Source: Antechinus flavipes (taxonomy: Eukaryota). Taken from it: DNA of 64,000 nt. The translations under genes were made by a program, and so were the position numbers. The notes under the pieces were generated by a model. That model saw only the letters and a program-made list of their open reading frames with translations. It did not search any database and was not told where the DNA came from. Shown here in pieces: positions 1-13,929 of this stretch (within the stretch, counting starts at the first letter, position 1; every line of letters begins with the position of its first letter). Location of the stretch: NCBI RefSeq assembly GCF_016432865.1, contig NC_067403.1, positions 203,422,001 to 203,486,000 of the forward strand. Reading direction: 5' to 3'.

Positions 1-329
1 AACTCCGGGTTCTTAGAAAAGTTACACAACTTTTCAATGCTCCAGGCAAGTCTCTAAGACTGTAGAAGACATTTCTTCATATAACAGGACTTTTTGTTGT
101 AGCAAAGAATTAGAAACAAAGTGGGTTTCCATCAATTGATGAATGGACCATGAGATATGAATGAAATGGAATAGTATGCAAGTTCATCAAGAACAAAGTT
201 TCTTTCATGCTTTATGTTTGTACACCCAGTACACAGTGCCTGGCACATAATAAGCACTTAATAAATAATTGTCTTTTGATGCAGCTTTGTTATTACTAGG
301 TCTGTACACCAAAGACTTCAAAGAAAAAG

Positions 330-1560
330 GAAAAGGATCTCAATGTACAAAAATATTTAGAGCAATACATTTTGTGGTAACAAATAGCTGGAAACTTAGA
401 GAAGCATCAATTGGGAAATGGTTGAACAAATTATGCTGTATAAATATAATGGAACTATTATGTTGTAAGAAATGATGAAGGGAATGGAATGTAGAGTTAA
501 ATGAGCAATAGCATGAAAACAATTTATTCAATCACAACAGCATTATAAAGACAAATAGCTGAAAGATTTAAGAATTCAGTACATTCTCAATTGATAAATG
601 GTCAAAGGATATCAGATGAAGAAATCAAAGCTATCTGTAGTCATATGAAGAAGTGCTCTAAATCACTTTTAATTAGAGAGGTACAAATTAAAACAATTCT
701 GAGGTATATTTCACAACCATCCGATTGGCTAATATTTTTTAAAAGGGAAATGATAAATGTTGGGGAGATGTGGGAATATTGGGACATATTTATTGTTAGT
801 GATCCAACCATTCTGGAGAACATTTTGGAATTATGCCCAAAGGACTATAAAACTGAATATTCTTTGATCCAGCAATACCACTATTAGGTCTGTACCACAA
901 AGAAATCACAAAAAAAAAGTAGATCACAAAATCACAGAAAAGCTACATGGTGGCAAAATATTGAAACTGAGGGAATTAGGGAATGGCTAAACAAGTTGTG
1001 GCATGTGAATGTAATGGAATACTGTTGTATAATAAGAAATGGTGAGTGGGCAGATTTTAGAAAAACCTGGAAAGATTTGTATGAACTAACACAAAGTAAA
1101 AGAAGTAGAATCAAAAAAACAGTATGCACAGTCTCAGCAACATTGTGTGATGATCAATTATGAATGACTTGGCTCTTCTCAGAAACACAGTAATCCAAGA
1201 CAAGTACAAAGGACTCACAATGGAAAATGTCATTCATATCTAGATAAAGAACTGATGGGCTCTGAACACAAATCAAAACATACTTTTTTCATTTATTTTT
1301 AAATTTTTTTTCTTTTTGATCTGTTTCTTTTTTACAGCTGTGACTAATATAGAAATGTGTTTTACATAATTGTTCATATATAACCTATATCAAATTGCCT
1401 ACCATTTTAGGAAGAAGGTAAGGGAGGGAAAAAAAGAAGGAGAAAAATTTGGAACTCAAAATCTTTTAAAAATGAATACTAAAAAATATTTTGACATATA
1501 ATTGAAAGAAAAATATTTTAAAATAAAATTAAATTAAGTTACAATGAAGATATTTTTAAA
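330..1560 (+). mobile_element. Degraded L1 ORF2 C-terminus and 3' UTR fragments
   Basis: ORF 591-887 (HMKKCSKSLLIREVQIKT...) is the L1 ORF2 C-terminal region. A 3' UTR and A-rich tail follow. Confidence 0.85.
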
Positions 1561-1924
1561 ATTCAGTTCAATGATTTACTCATAATTCCAGAGGAACAAT
1601 GATGAAATAAGCTATAGTTCTTTACCACTACTATTGTGAAGCTCAGTTTTATCCTTTAGCTCCCATCAGTTATAATACCCACCCTTCAATTGCCTCACCA
1701 CCAATCCTTGCCTTACTGAACCCTACTCTAAGTCATAATAGCCACCATTAGTGTTTTAGAGATGGAAGTAAGTCCTGATCCCATTACAAGAATGGTGGGA
1801 GGCATGTTATTAGTGTCCAAAGCTAAAAGTCTGAATGATAGATAGATGATAGATGATAAATGAGGAAGGAGGAAAGCAGGGACCCAATTTCTTGAGTTAT
1901 ATTCATGGCAGTATCATTTTCTGT

Positions 1925-2105
1925 GGAGAAGGAAAAAAGGAATGTTAGATTTAAACCTGGGTTCAAAGTTGGCTCTGCCATTTATTATCTACATGACCTT
2001 GGACAAGTGACTCTATCTCTCTGAACCTAAGTTTCTTCATCTGTGACATTAAGGAGCTGCACTAAATAACCCATAAGGTCCCATTCAGTTCTAATTCTTT
2101 GATCC
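1925..2105 (+). mobile_element. MIR-family SINE
   Basis: MIR core-like text (acctgggttcaaa...gctctgccattt...tgaccttggacaagtga...ctctgaacct). Confidence 0.7.
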
Positions 2106-2199
2106 TCTGATCCTACTGTTCTCTGTCCTTTTGAAACCATATGTAGAGTGCTGTGTTCTGTGCATCCCCTTTGAAGGAAACATTGAAAAACTAGAGTAG

Positions 2200-2600
2200 A
2201 TATAGAGAGAGCTAGCAGGAGAGTGAGAAAACTGAAAAATGTCATATGGAGAATGGCTGAAAGAGCAGGACATATTTAGCCTGAAGAAGATATTGTAAGG
2301 GGAGCAAGATGTGATAACTGACTAGAAATATTTGAAGGATTCATATATGCAAGAGAGATTTAATTTATTCTATCTTGCTCCTGAAGGCAGAACTAAAAAC
2401 ATTGGTTTGAAATTAATGGGAGACATTTAAATCAGTTTATTGAAAATTTTCCAACTACTAAAGCTGTCTAAAAATATAATGGGTTGTCTCAAAAGGCAAT
2501 GAATTTCCTATCACTGGAGGTCATCACACATTGGATAGGTGATACTCTGTCCAAAATATAGTAGAAGTTTCATGATTAATATAGGAGTCAATCTAGATCA
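2200..2600 (+). mobile_element. CR1/L3 3' end fragment
   Basis: Typical L3 tail (tttagcctgaagaaga...aaatatttgaagg...gaaggcagaact...atgggttgtc...tcactggagg). Confidence 0.7.
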
Positions 2601-3229
2601 GGGGTTGCTGGTTCTAGGACATGGTCCTGCAGCTTTGGTACCAAATAAATATATTCAAGATCTTGTCATTTTTACCTTTATTTAATTCCAACAAAACGTG
2701 AAATCTAAATAATTGAATTTTATAAAATGTATCTTGATAGTGGGTGATTTGTTTGTTTTGATTCAGATCCATGATTTTATCAGTACAAGAAGTTCTTCAT
2801 ATGGAAAGCAATTCTATGAATACAACTTGATAAATCCTATGAAACTTATCTTAAAGACTGTCCTGGAGGACACTCTTTTAACCCAAGAGATTAAAAGGTT
2901 TTATCCATTGGGCCACAGTCAGCATGTCTCCCAGATCATTCTGACACCAAAGCCGATCTATAATGGACTATGATGAATATCTGTACATAGGACCATGGTC
3001 ACTAAAATAAAAATTCATTCAACACATTTGTGAATTCATAATTCACAAAGTTTTCATCATGTATTTTCTCAGTCAAAAATATTAATGGCAGGCTGCTAAA
3101 CTTTTCTTTATTAAAAGAGGACTAACACATTTGAAAAGGTTTGGAAGCCCTAGAATAGGTAATCTCTGAAGAATCTTCCAACTCTAAGAATTTATGCTCC
3201 TTGGCCATAGAATTTTTTAATTAATTTAT

Positions 3230-3845
3230 TTATTTATAAAGTTTTTTTTTAATAATACATGCATAGATAGTTTTCAACATTCACTCTTGCAAGAACCTTG
3301 TGCTCCAATGTTTTCTCCCTTCCTACCATACACAGCAAGTAATCCAATATATGTTAAACATGTGCAATTCTTCTATCCACATTTCCACATATTTCAGATC
3401 AAAAAGGTTTTTAAAATGAGAAAGAAAACAAAATGCAAGCAATTAACAAAAAAGTTAAAATATTATGATGTGATCCATACTTAATCCCCGCAGTCTTATC
3501 TCTGGGAGCAGATGGCTCTCTCCATCACAAGGCCACAGGAACTGGCCTGAATCACCTTGCTGTTAAAAAGAGTCATATCCATCAAAATTGATCATTGTAT
3601 AATCTTGCTGTTGCAGTGTACAATGTTCTTTTGGTTCTATCACTTCAATTAGTATCAGTTAAGTCTCTTCAGACCTCTCTGAAATTATCCTGCCCATCAT
3701 TTCTTATAGAACAATAATATTCCATAACATTCATATACCATAACTTATCCAAGCATTCTCCAACTGATGGCCACCACTCAGTTTCCACTTCTTTGTCCCT
3801 ACAAAAAGGACTGCTATAAACATTTTTGCACCTGTGGGTCCTTCT
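3230..3845 (-). mobile_element. L1 3' UTR fragment
   Basis: Reverse complement of the marsupial L1 3' end also seen at 4814-5300 and 17400-17920. Confidence 0.8.
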
Positions 3846-4813
3846 CCCTTGACCATAGAACTTTAGATTAAATGGATATTGGGTTTGGAATCAAGAGGAG
3901 TATGGTCAATTCTGTCTCTGATACTCATTAGCTGTGTGACTTTGAGAAAGTCTTTTAATCTTTCAATCCCTCAGTCTTCCAAAAACATATCTAATAAGAT
4001 ACAGTCATGGTAAATAATAATCTACACAATTTTGATACTGAGAAAGTAACAGATACTTTGCATGTTCACAAGTTGAGGTTTGGTTGGTTGGTTTGTTAAC
4101 ATTCTGTTTAATTTTATTTTCTATGTTCTTTCCACTTCCATTGGTTTTCATCATTTATCGTCTCCCTAGTCCTTAATTCCCTCTTATTAGTTCATATGAA
4201 TCATTTCTCTAAGTTGTTTACTTTTATAATTTTCTATGGTATTTATTCTGTTACATTCACATACCACAGTCTGTTTAAGCATTCCCCATTGATAGGCACC
4301 TGCTTTCTTTCTTAGTTCTTTTCTGCCAAAAAAAAAAAAAAAAGTGCTGCTATAAGATGCCTTTTTCTGATTTGGACTATTTTACTAAAAACAAAGGAAG
4401 TGGAAGTGAACAAGGATAGTTTGGAGGGAAAAAAAACAAAGAAAGCAAAACATAGAAAAAAGATACTCAAAATTAAGATGGTCAGTGTCCTGTTTGCTAG
4501 CATTAAATGGGCATATGACTGATATGAATACTTCAAAATAAGTACTGGGGGAATTGAATATATAGAACTGATTGATAATTTTGAAATTGGGACAGTTTAT
4601 TGACTATATTGCCAAGCAGTGTGTTGGCTGGCAGAATAATAATCATACAAGTTATTCTGCTAAGAATCAGTAGGGTTCGTTAAGACCAGATCTCTGAGTG
4701 AATCTTAGAAAAATCTTCAGAGGTGGATCACAGGGAAACCTCAGAATCTTCCCTGCTAACCAATTCTCAGAAGCTTTGCTACTTGGAAGAGCTTATTAAA
4801 GGAGAAGCTTTGC

Positions 4814-5300
4814 AGGATGATTTCACTAAGGCCTGGAGAAACTTACATGAACTGATGTTAAGTGAAGTGAGTAGAACCAAGAGAACACAAGATTATACAA
4901 TGATCAATTCTGATGGACGTGGCTCTTTTCAACAATGAGATGATTCAGGCCAGTTCCAGTGATTTTGTGATGGAGAGAGCCATCTGTACCCAGAGAGAGA
5001 ATTGTGGGTGCTGAGTGTAGACAACAACATAGCATTTTCACTTTTTTATTATTGTTTGCTTGCAATTTGTTTTCTTTCCTTTTTGATATGATTTTTCTTG
5101 TGCAACATGATAATTGTGGAAATATACATAGAAGAATATATTGGATTATATTGGATTACTTCCTTTCTAGGGCAGGGTAGAGGAGAAAGAGAAAAAAATT
5201 TGGAACACAAGGTTTTGCAAAGGTGAATGTTGAAAACTATCTATGCATGATGTGTTTTGAAAATAAGAAGCTTTAAAACATATAAAAATAAAATAAAAAA
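4814..5300 (+). mobile_element. 5'-truncated L1 (3' UTR and A-rich tail)
   Basis: acttacatgaactgatg...agaaccaagagaac...aaaggtgaatgttgaaaactat. Homologous to other L1 3' ends in the window. Confidence 0.85.
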
Positions 5301-5945
5301 GGTTGAGGTCTCACCAGTTATGTTTTCTAAAAGCAGCTACATTGCTTTAGTTTTCAGAAGCCAATTTAGTAGGGGGTTTAAAGTATAAAGTCTAATGCTC
5401 TCCAACCTTCATCTGACACAATGGAAGCTAAGATTCATTTTTTTAAAAACTATTTTACTTTTAAAAGTTGTATTTGCTATGCAGTATTTATAGTACTGTA
5501 GATTTCATGCATTATAAAAAGGGAATATTGTCTGAGCTGGAAAAAAAAGGAGAAGCTTTGCTTCTTGGAATTTCTGGTTACAGTAATAACTTTACTGCTT
5601 AAGAGAACTGATTGGAGGGAAATTCTTTGCTGTTTAAAAAAGCTAATTACTAGGGAAATTTTTACTATTTTGGAAGAGATGAACGGAAAGGGAAATTTTT
5701 ACCATTCTGTTTCCTGCTTTGCCATCATTTGTCTGAGAAGTAAAAACCTCTTAGCCCAGTCAAAGGAGCAGAATTGGAAAAGTTCTTCAGATTTCAGGCT
5801 TAGTTTTTCCAATTTTTAAGAGTATAATACTACTGCATCCCAGAAAGAGAGGAGCTAACAGGAAAGAAGTCCTTCTATTAGCAGAAGAATGAAGAAACCC
5901 AGAAAAGGAACAGCCTCCTTCATCAATGACGTCATGATCCATTAA

Positions 5946-6194
5946 GTTTTTGTTCTTCAGTTGTGATCAATTCTTCATAACTCCCATTTGGAGTTTTCTT
6001 GGCAAAATTACTAACGAGGTTTCTCATTTCCTTTTCTAGCTTATTTTACAGATGAGGAAACTGAGGAAAACAGGGTTAAGTTATTTGTCCAGGGTCATAC
6101 AGCTAGTAAGTGTCTGAGGCCAGATATGAACTCACAAAGATGAATTTTCTGGACTTCTTACCTGGCACTCTACCCATTGTACCACCTACATGCC
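5946..6194 (-). mobile_element. Mar1-type SINE with 11-bp TSD
   Basis: tgatccattaa at 5935-5945 and 6195-6205 flanks a Mar1-like body. Confidence 0.75.
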
Positions 6195-6433
6195 TGATCC
6201 ATTAAATTATAGGTATGCTATATACATTGTTTCTAAAAAAAAAGACAAACTACTTAAAGGCCATCAATCTATAATTGTGAGTTATCTCCCCCAGACATAT
6301 GAACACCCTGTTCAAAAACCTCCCTCCTATAGCTGTAAATATTGTAAATATTGATAAGTGAAGGTGTCCCAGATTTATGCATCTTGCTTTGACTTCTATG
6401 TGGCAAATGTTTCTGATTAAGAGTTAGTACATG

Positions 6434-7124
6434 ACTGGACTTATACCCCAAAGAGATACTAAAGAAGGGAAAGGGGCCGCCTATATGTGCCAAAATGTTT
6501 GTGGCGACCCTGTTTGTAGTGGCTAGAAGCTGGAAATTGAATGGCTGCCCATCAATTGGAGAATGGTTGGGTAAATTGTGGTATATGAATGTTATGGAAT
6601 ATTATTGTTCTGTAAGAAATGACCAGCAGGATGAATACAGAGAGGACTGGCGAGACTTACATGAACTGATGCTGAGTGAAATGAGCAGAACCAGGAGATC
6701 ATTATATACTTCAACAATGATACTGTATGAGGATGTATTCTGATAGAAGTGGATTTCTTTGACAAAGAGAAGATCTAACTCAGTTCCAATTGATCAATGT
6801 TGGACAGAATCAACTACACCCAGAGAAGGAACACTGGGAAATGAGTGTGAACTGTGTGCATTTTTTGTTTTTCTTGCCAGGTTATTTTTACCTTCTGAAT
6901 CCAATTCTTCTTGTGCAACAAAAGAACTGTATGATTCTGCACACATATATTGTATCTAGGAGATACTATAACATATTTAACATGTAAAGGACTGCTTGCC
7001 ATCTGGGGGAGGGGGTGGAGAGAGGGAGGGGAAAAGTCGGAACAGAAGTGAGTGCAAGGGATAATGTTGTAAAAAATTACCCAGGTATGGCTTCTGTCAA
7101 TAAAAAGTTATAATAATAAAAAAA
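6434..7124 (+). mobile_element. Young 5'-truncated L1 with TSD
   Basis: Near-perfect 15-bp TSD aa(g/t)agttagtacatg at 6419-6433 and 7125-7139. G-rich 3' UTR, AATAAA and poly(A). Confidence 0.9.
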
Positions 7125-8499
7125 AATAGTTAGTACATGGCATTATGAGAATTTGTTTTCATTTATTAAACATATTTGTTACATAGATTTTGTTTTTCTT
7201 TTTAAATTTCTCAATAGGAGGTGGGAGATAAAATAAGTGTCTGCTAATTGGAAAAAATAATTAATTGAAAAACAAAATCCAAAAGGAGTTAGTTGTTGTT
7301 TGGCTGATAATATCAAATGGAAAGTCCATTCTTGGGAATTTAAAAGATAAAAGTATAATTATAGGAGTATATTTCCAAGCAGCAGTAGGCTTACTCTTTG
7401 AACTTTAAAAAAGTGAATAATAGAAGGATGGTCATTCCTTCAGGGAACCTTCCACATGCCAGAGTGAGTGCAAGTTTGGCAAGCAAGCCAGAGAGATAAA
7501 AGAGACAGAAGGGTAGATTGTCATAATCACACATTATACAGCTATAAATAGCTGTTTAATGGGCATATATGGGACCTTTCCTTCTTCCTTGGTCTATATA
7601 TCTAGTACTAGAAACTCTAGATCAAGAAGTATAGACATTAAAGTCAATTCCTTAGCATAATTCCAGATTTCTTTCCAGAATGGCTAGATCAGTTCTCCAG
7701 AAAATTTATTACTGTGCCTGACTTCCTGCTGCTTTTCCTATACTATTTCCATTTTTGTCATCTTTGTCAATTTGCTGAGTATTAAGTGAAATTTTATTTT
7801 TGTTTTAATTTGCTTGTAACTTATTAGTGATTTGAAGTAAGCTTTTATATGGTGGTAAACAATTTGCAGTTCAAAAAAAAGTTTGTCATATTAGTTTTAT
7901 GGTACTTTTAATAGAACTTTGTACTTCAAGCTTATTATATAGACTTCTGAGGGCTGACTTGAGAATTTAACCACCATGTATAATATTGTTTCTATGGGGG
8001 GGGGGGGAATTATGGGTTCTTATTTATACACTATAGTCTTGCAAGTGAATTTTTGGAACTAAATCCATGTGGATGTGGGATTCTCCCCCAACTTGATAAG
8101 AATTAGCTCATGCAAACATTCCCAACCAATTCCACAGAGCTTGGATTTTCTATGTGATGTGAACAAGTAATCCATGAAAAATGTTTAATGTTAAGTGACA
8201 TTTCCCTCAAAATATTAAATTATGGATATGTCCAAAAGAAGATATGTAACACATGGCAATTTTTTGGTATAAAAATAGCCTTGATTTCCTATATTTTGTT
8301 CTAAAATTCCGCTGCAATTTTGGAAATTTGATAGCTTCTCTTTTTAGTGAAGTTCATGCCAGCAGTGGGAGACTAAACTAGCAGTGGTTTTGTCAACGTT
8401 TGGTTACAGGAAGCCATAAAACAGGAGAAGAACCAAGATCCTAGCTTGTCCAGAGGTGGAGATAAAATTACTAGGTTTGCACATAAGTGATGGAGAGTC

Positions 8500-9340
8500 A
8501 GAGCTGTCATTTCAGTAATTTCTGTGGAGCCAGAGAAGCTTTCTGTGTATTGAAGCAGCTACAGAACCTGCTGACAGTGGTCAATACTCCCTCTATACAT
8601 GGACAGCATCCCATGCCTATCTACAAAGCAAGAAAACTACATTTCTCATCTAGTAATGGAGAGGAGCAGCTGGATTGCAGTTTACCTTTAAAAAGATCGG
8701 GGAAGTTTAATGGAAAACAAGTGCAATATAATTCAATAGTGTGATGTGACAGCCAAAATAAAAATGAAAAAATCTTAGTCTCTACCAAGAAAACTATTAT
8801 ATTTAGGAAGAGAGGTGATAATCCTACCCTATTCTGTCTTAGTCACACCAGACCTCAAATATTATATTCAGTCCTGTGACATTTTAATTAGGATACTGAT
8901 AAGCTATAAATCACTCAGAAAAAAAGCAAAGGTGGTCAAAGGTTTCAAGATTATGTCGTATGCGAATTGGATGGATGAACTGAGGGTTATTTAACCAAGA
9001 GAAGAGAATTTAGTGGGGATGGAGGAAGCTGTTAGATCTGTTCCAGTATCTGAAGGGCTGTCATGCCAAAGATTCACTTTTTTCTGCTTGGTCAAATGGA
9101 AGAACTAGAGACAAAGAGTGAAAGTTACAGAAAAGTGGTTGTAGGCTGCACATAGGAAAAACTTCCCAAGAGTTAAAGGCATCTGAGAATAAAATGTACT
9201 GATTTGGAAGGTTAGGGATTCCATCTCAACCATATTTTCAAGCAAAAAAAAAAAAAAAAGCTTTTTTGGGGTGGGGCATAAATTGGACTAGATAGTCCCT
9301 GAAGTTTCTTCCAGTGATAAGATTCTGTAATTCTTTACTC
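8500..9340 (+). mobile_element. CR1/L3 RT C-terminal and 3' fragment
   Basis: tgtgatgtgacagccaaaa...gaggtgataatcctaccctattctg...ttatattcagt, a degraded CR1 ORF2 end and tail. Confidence 0.65.
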
Positions 9341-10440
9341 TCCCTGACCAGTCCTCAGTGCCATAAAATTCACTTCCATGACTCCTCTCATGTTACATTG
9401 AATAGAGGTCTGGGCCTGCAGTCAAAAAGAACTAAATTTAAATCCACTCTCAGACATTTACTAGATACATTCTCCTAGACAAGTCACTTAATCTTTATCT
9501 ATGTTAGTTTTCTTCACAGTAAGATGTGAATAAAGTACCCAATTCCCAAGATTGTTGTGAGGATAAAAAAGAATATTATCTGTAAAGCACTTAGTACACA
9601 ATCGATGCTTAATAAATGTTTTCCTCCTTTTATTAATCTGTCCTTCTTCACTAAAAGCCACCACTTTTGCTCAAGTCTTCACTACCTCTTGACTAGACTA
9701 TTGTCCAGCCTTCTGATGAGTCTACGATCCATCCTTCACTGCCCAAATTATCTTTCGAAAGCACAGATCCATCTGCATCATTTCTGAGCATAAAAATTTG
9801 CAGTAGTGGCTCTGTGGTAGGTTTGGAGCTGGCCCTGCTGCAACCCTGATAGAAAACTGATTGCTAACATAGAGAAGTACCCTGAGGGCCATGGGCATAG
9901 TAAGAATTTGATTAAATGGGAACAGGAAAAACAAGGTTGTAAAATAAAGGAGGGGAGAAAGAATTGGAAAAAATAAAGATTATAAAATGTAAAGGAGACA
10001 TGCTTCAAGTCAGAGACCCGGTTTTGACAATTATCCAAGCAGCTCTTAAGGCTGATGCAGCCTTTAGCATTTTAGGATCAAAGTAAATAAGCAGGGTCAT
10101 TGTTTCTCTGACCTAGAAAGACTTTTATTTCATCCTGGCTGCTGCTATAGGCACATAAGAAGAGTCTCATTATGGAGGTCAGAGACAGGTAGGGAGAATC
10201 TCAATAGATGACTGCAATTGCTATTGGGTCCAATTTTGCCTCATGTCCTTGTACCGTGTTTGACAACTGAATCCTGAAACACTAAGTAATCCTGTTTTGT
10301 CATATCCAGATTGCTTGTATTGGATAGTCATTTTCCTGATATCTGGGATTAAAATGACCATCAGCAGCTTCTTCACATTGACTCTTGGGTTTGCAGAATT
10401 TAACAAAAACGAGATACTAACCTACCTCTCTAACAATTTC

Positions 10441-10585
10441 TTTTTTTTTCTTGAGGCAATTGGGGTTAAGTGATTTGACCAGGGTCCCACAGCTAGGAAC
10501 TGTTAAGTGTCTGAGACCAGATCTGAACTCAGGTTCTCCTGACTTCAGGGCTGGTGCTCTATCCACTGAGTCACCTAGCTGCCCC
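10441..10585 (-). mobile_element. WSINE1-like SINE, full length
   Basis: Reverse complement of ggggcagctaggtg...ccccaattgcctc plus poly(A). Imperfect TSD tctctaac(tt)aatttc. Confidence 0.85.
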
Positions 10586-13500
10586 TCTCTAACTTAATTT
10601 CAAATTATTTTCTTCCAGATACTCTTGATTTCAGCAAAATTGAATTATTGGTTTTCCTTAATTTCATTTGGTCCCTTCCCATCTTCATTCATTTGAATAG
10701 GTCATCCCATCTGCCAATGGATAACCTTTGCCCAGTGAATGTTCATCTCAACTGCCATCCGTTCCAATAAGTCTTTCCTCATCCATTCCTTTTCTTAGCT
10801 ACTTCTTTCTTATATTTCTTCTTATATCTTTCCCAGTTCTCTTGTAGTGCTCCCATCATATTTTTATAATATTCTTATGTGATTGATACCCATGATTACA
10901 ATAAGATAAAAATGAGAAACAGGTTCATTTAGTTAAAGGGGTAAAGAATAAAGGAGTAAAGGTAATAAAGCTCCAGATTCTATTTTCATTTCAAATGCCA
11001 CCTTCTGCTGGAGGTCTTTCTGTTGTCCCCATTCCCACACTCTCCAACCATCCTTTTAAGATTACATTTTCTCTATTCTGCATGTGTATCCATTTACTTA
11101 CATGTGGTCCCTTCCATTTGAATATAAGCTCATATAAAGTTTTGAGATTTTGCTTGTGTTATCTCTAACACGTAGTGAGTTAACACATTAATAAAAATTT
11201 CTTGATTTGTTTTTTTAGGGTTATTTTTTTGTTACGAAATAGATCAAATTTTTTAATAAATAGAAAATAAATCAGGATCAGGTTGTTTCTTGCAGTTTCT
11301 TGCAGCAGTTAGTCTCAAAGCAGTAGATATATTTCCAATTTTGTTATATATTGTGATGAAAAAAGAACCACTCACCTGTATATTCAGCATGCAAATAAGG
11401 ACATACTTAAAGAAAAGGAGTGGAGGCTTGGAGAAACAAGGCTTAACAATGCTATTGGAAACTTAAGAAAATAGCCAAATATCTAGATTTGGGTTTAAAG
11501 CACTGCCTATGTCACAGAGGAGTCTAGGGGAACAAGATAGGAAAAAAGGGAAAAGAAACCTAGTTACTTTCTCAGCTTCTCAAAGAGGTAGTTCAGTTTA
11601 TCCACCTTCCCACCAGAGGTATCTCTTCATAGCTTTAAGCTGCAGCCCCAGACAGCCCACAAAGCAGCCTCTTTCCTTCTGATCACTGTTGCTGTCTTCC
11701 TGTCTGCTTTGCAGACTCTCAGGAAGGGAAAATACCAGATGCCACTTTTGTTCAGCTGCTTAGGCTCTCCAGCTGCTCACAGGAGTTTTAACTGCCATCT
11801 CCTCTTCTCCTGGTGTTGTCAGCCACAAATTACATGGGCTTCTCCAAATCTCACTCTGCTATTTTAAACTACACAATAATTTCATACATCTTTTCTCTGA
11901 GCTAAGAAGAGCAAGCTCTTTAAGCCACAAATCCCAACATACTTAGGTGTCATTCAAAATATTTTCCATGAGAAGCCTTCAGCACTTGCCTAGGCCCATT
12001 GGGATTATTATATTCACCAACCCCTAACTCCAACTATAAGTTCACTCTCTACCAATTTATAACTTTCCTCAGACAAGTCAGAATCCTTTTAGTAATTAAT
12101 ATTTCACAAACCAGCAACAAACATTTGTTTTGTGCCTACTGTGTGTAGGGCAGTGTATTAAGTAAAAGCAAATAAAACAATAAGCTTCTAACGGTCTATT
12201 TTTTTAAGAAAGGCATAATTTCTTTCCCTTTATGAACATTTTAAACATATTGGTACCAAAAAATATAACAAAAAATATTTTAAATAATAATTCCTCAGTC
12301 CTATTCTCCCCTTTCAGGGAAAAGTCACATAAATGCACATTGGTAGGTAAGGTTAGGGAGCTGGTCTTCTTCCCCTTAGCTCTCCTTTTTTACAGTAAAG
12401 GTAAATCATGGATTTGGAGGACATAAAATTCACATAGTACAGTTACACTGAAGATATTGTCTCTTGGTAAGTTCCAGTCCTTTTGAACCTCAAGTTGTCA
12501 GTTAGTCAGGCTACATATAGTATTAGACAATAGAGTGAGAGCATCTTAAAATTGTTATTTCTATATTCCCAATCACTCATAATATTCATTTGGTTATTAG
12601 CACTAAACAGTAGTGTGACAATTCCAAAGGATTCATGAGCTATCCATCTCCAGATAAAGAAATGATAGACTCTGCATATTGAAGAAATTATTTTAATCTT
12701 GCTTTATTTTTCTTGCTTTATTTCCCTCAATATGGCCACTGTGGATATGTGTTTTGCCTGACTTCATATACATAATAGATATTACATTTAATGCCTTTCA
12801 ATGAGGAAGAGTGGAGGAAGGGAAAGAATTTGGAACAGAAAATAAAAATTCAAAATAAAACTTTTTTAAGACTAACAGTGCGAAAATGTTATCTACCTTC
12901 AGAGAAACAGAGGACAAGTGGGAACAAGTATAGTGCAGCCTTACATAAATGCATATGAATAGTGTGTATATGTATATAGATATATGCATATAAATATGTT
13001 ATTATAGATATCTATGTATGTGTGTATGTATATACACTCAATTATAGCCTTCTTGAAAGTGAGGAGGAGGAAAGGGGTGTTAAAAAAAAAGAAGAAGAAG
13101 AAATTGCACAGCAGAGATTAAAAAAAAAACCTACAAGGAAGCAAATAAAAGATGGACAGCTATGAACACACTGTATAGTATTTATTATTTAGATTTTCTT
13201 GAAATGGAACTTTATTGCTTTATGTTTTGAATTCTCTTATGCCTGCTGTGCACATAACAATATTTTTTTCTTTCCTTATTTTGTATTTAAAATAAATTTT
13301 TAAAAAGAAAGAAAAATAGAATGGAAGTTCCTTAAGGACAGGGTCTATCTCACTTTTGTATTTTATAGCTCTAGCATTTACTACAGTGCTTGGTTCCTAT
13401 CAGGAACTTAATAAATAAACATCTTTCCATCCATTAAAATTAAAAAAAAAAAAACCAGAATGGTGTTATCCCAAGAACATTGGAATGAAATAAAAATTGA

Positions 13501-13929
13501 GCCATACTATATATTCTATAAAATAATGCATAAATAAAGTGCATATGATAGCCTCAGTGTGAGCAGCTCTTGGTCCTATAACTCTCTTCATGAAAACAGG
13601 CCAGCCTGTGACTTAATACATTAGTCCCAGGATTTAATCTGACTCAAGTAGACATTAAATAAATTGCTCAAGATCACACAAGGAGTAACTATGAGAGAAT
13701 TTAAATTCTCTAAGGCCAAAAGTTCTCCACCATAGCCTGACAGATCAGGTCCCCACAGTCAGGCTCCTTCTCCCCTAAGGGTTTTAGAAAGATACCTGAA
13801 AGGGCTTTGCGGTATCTTAAAATACTATAATTCTGAACTCTTATCCCAGTCTATTTCCCCAATATCATCACCAGCGATTAGTGTTCTATTATCATGAATT
13901 CCAGTGATGTTTCTTCAGCCTTGTGGTAA

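Noticed and set aside
591-887. 98-aa ORF
   Set aside because: Frameshifted L1 ORF2 C-terminal remnant.
7005-7035. G-rich tract with G-quadruplex potential
   Set aside because: Standard L1 3' UTR polypurine tract, present in other copies.
10221-10406. Unique segment with open frames (for example CEEAADGHFNPRYQENDY...)
   Set aside because: No convincing splice pair and no recognisable protein family.
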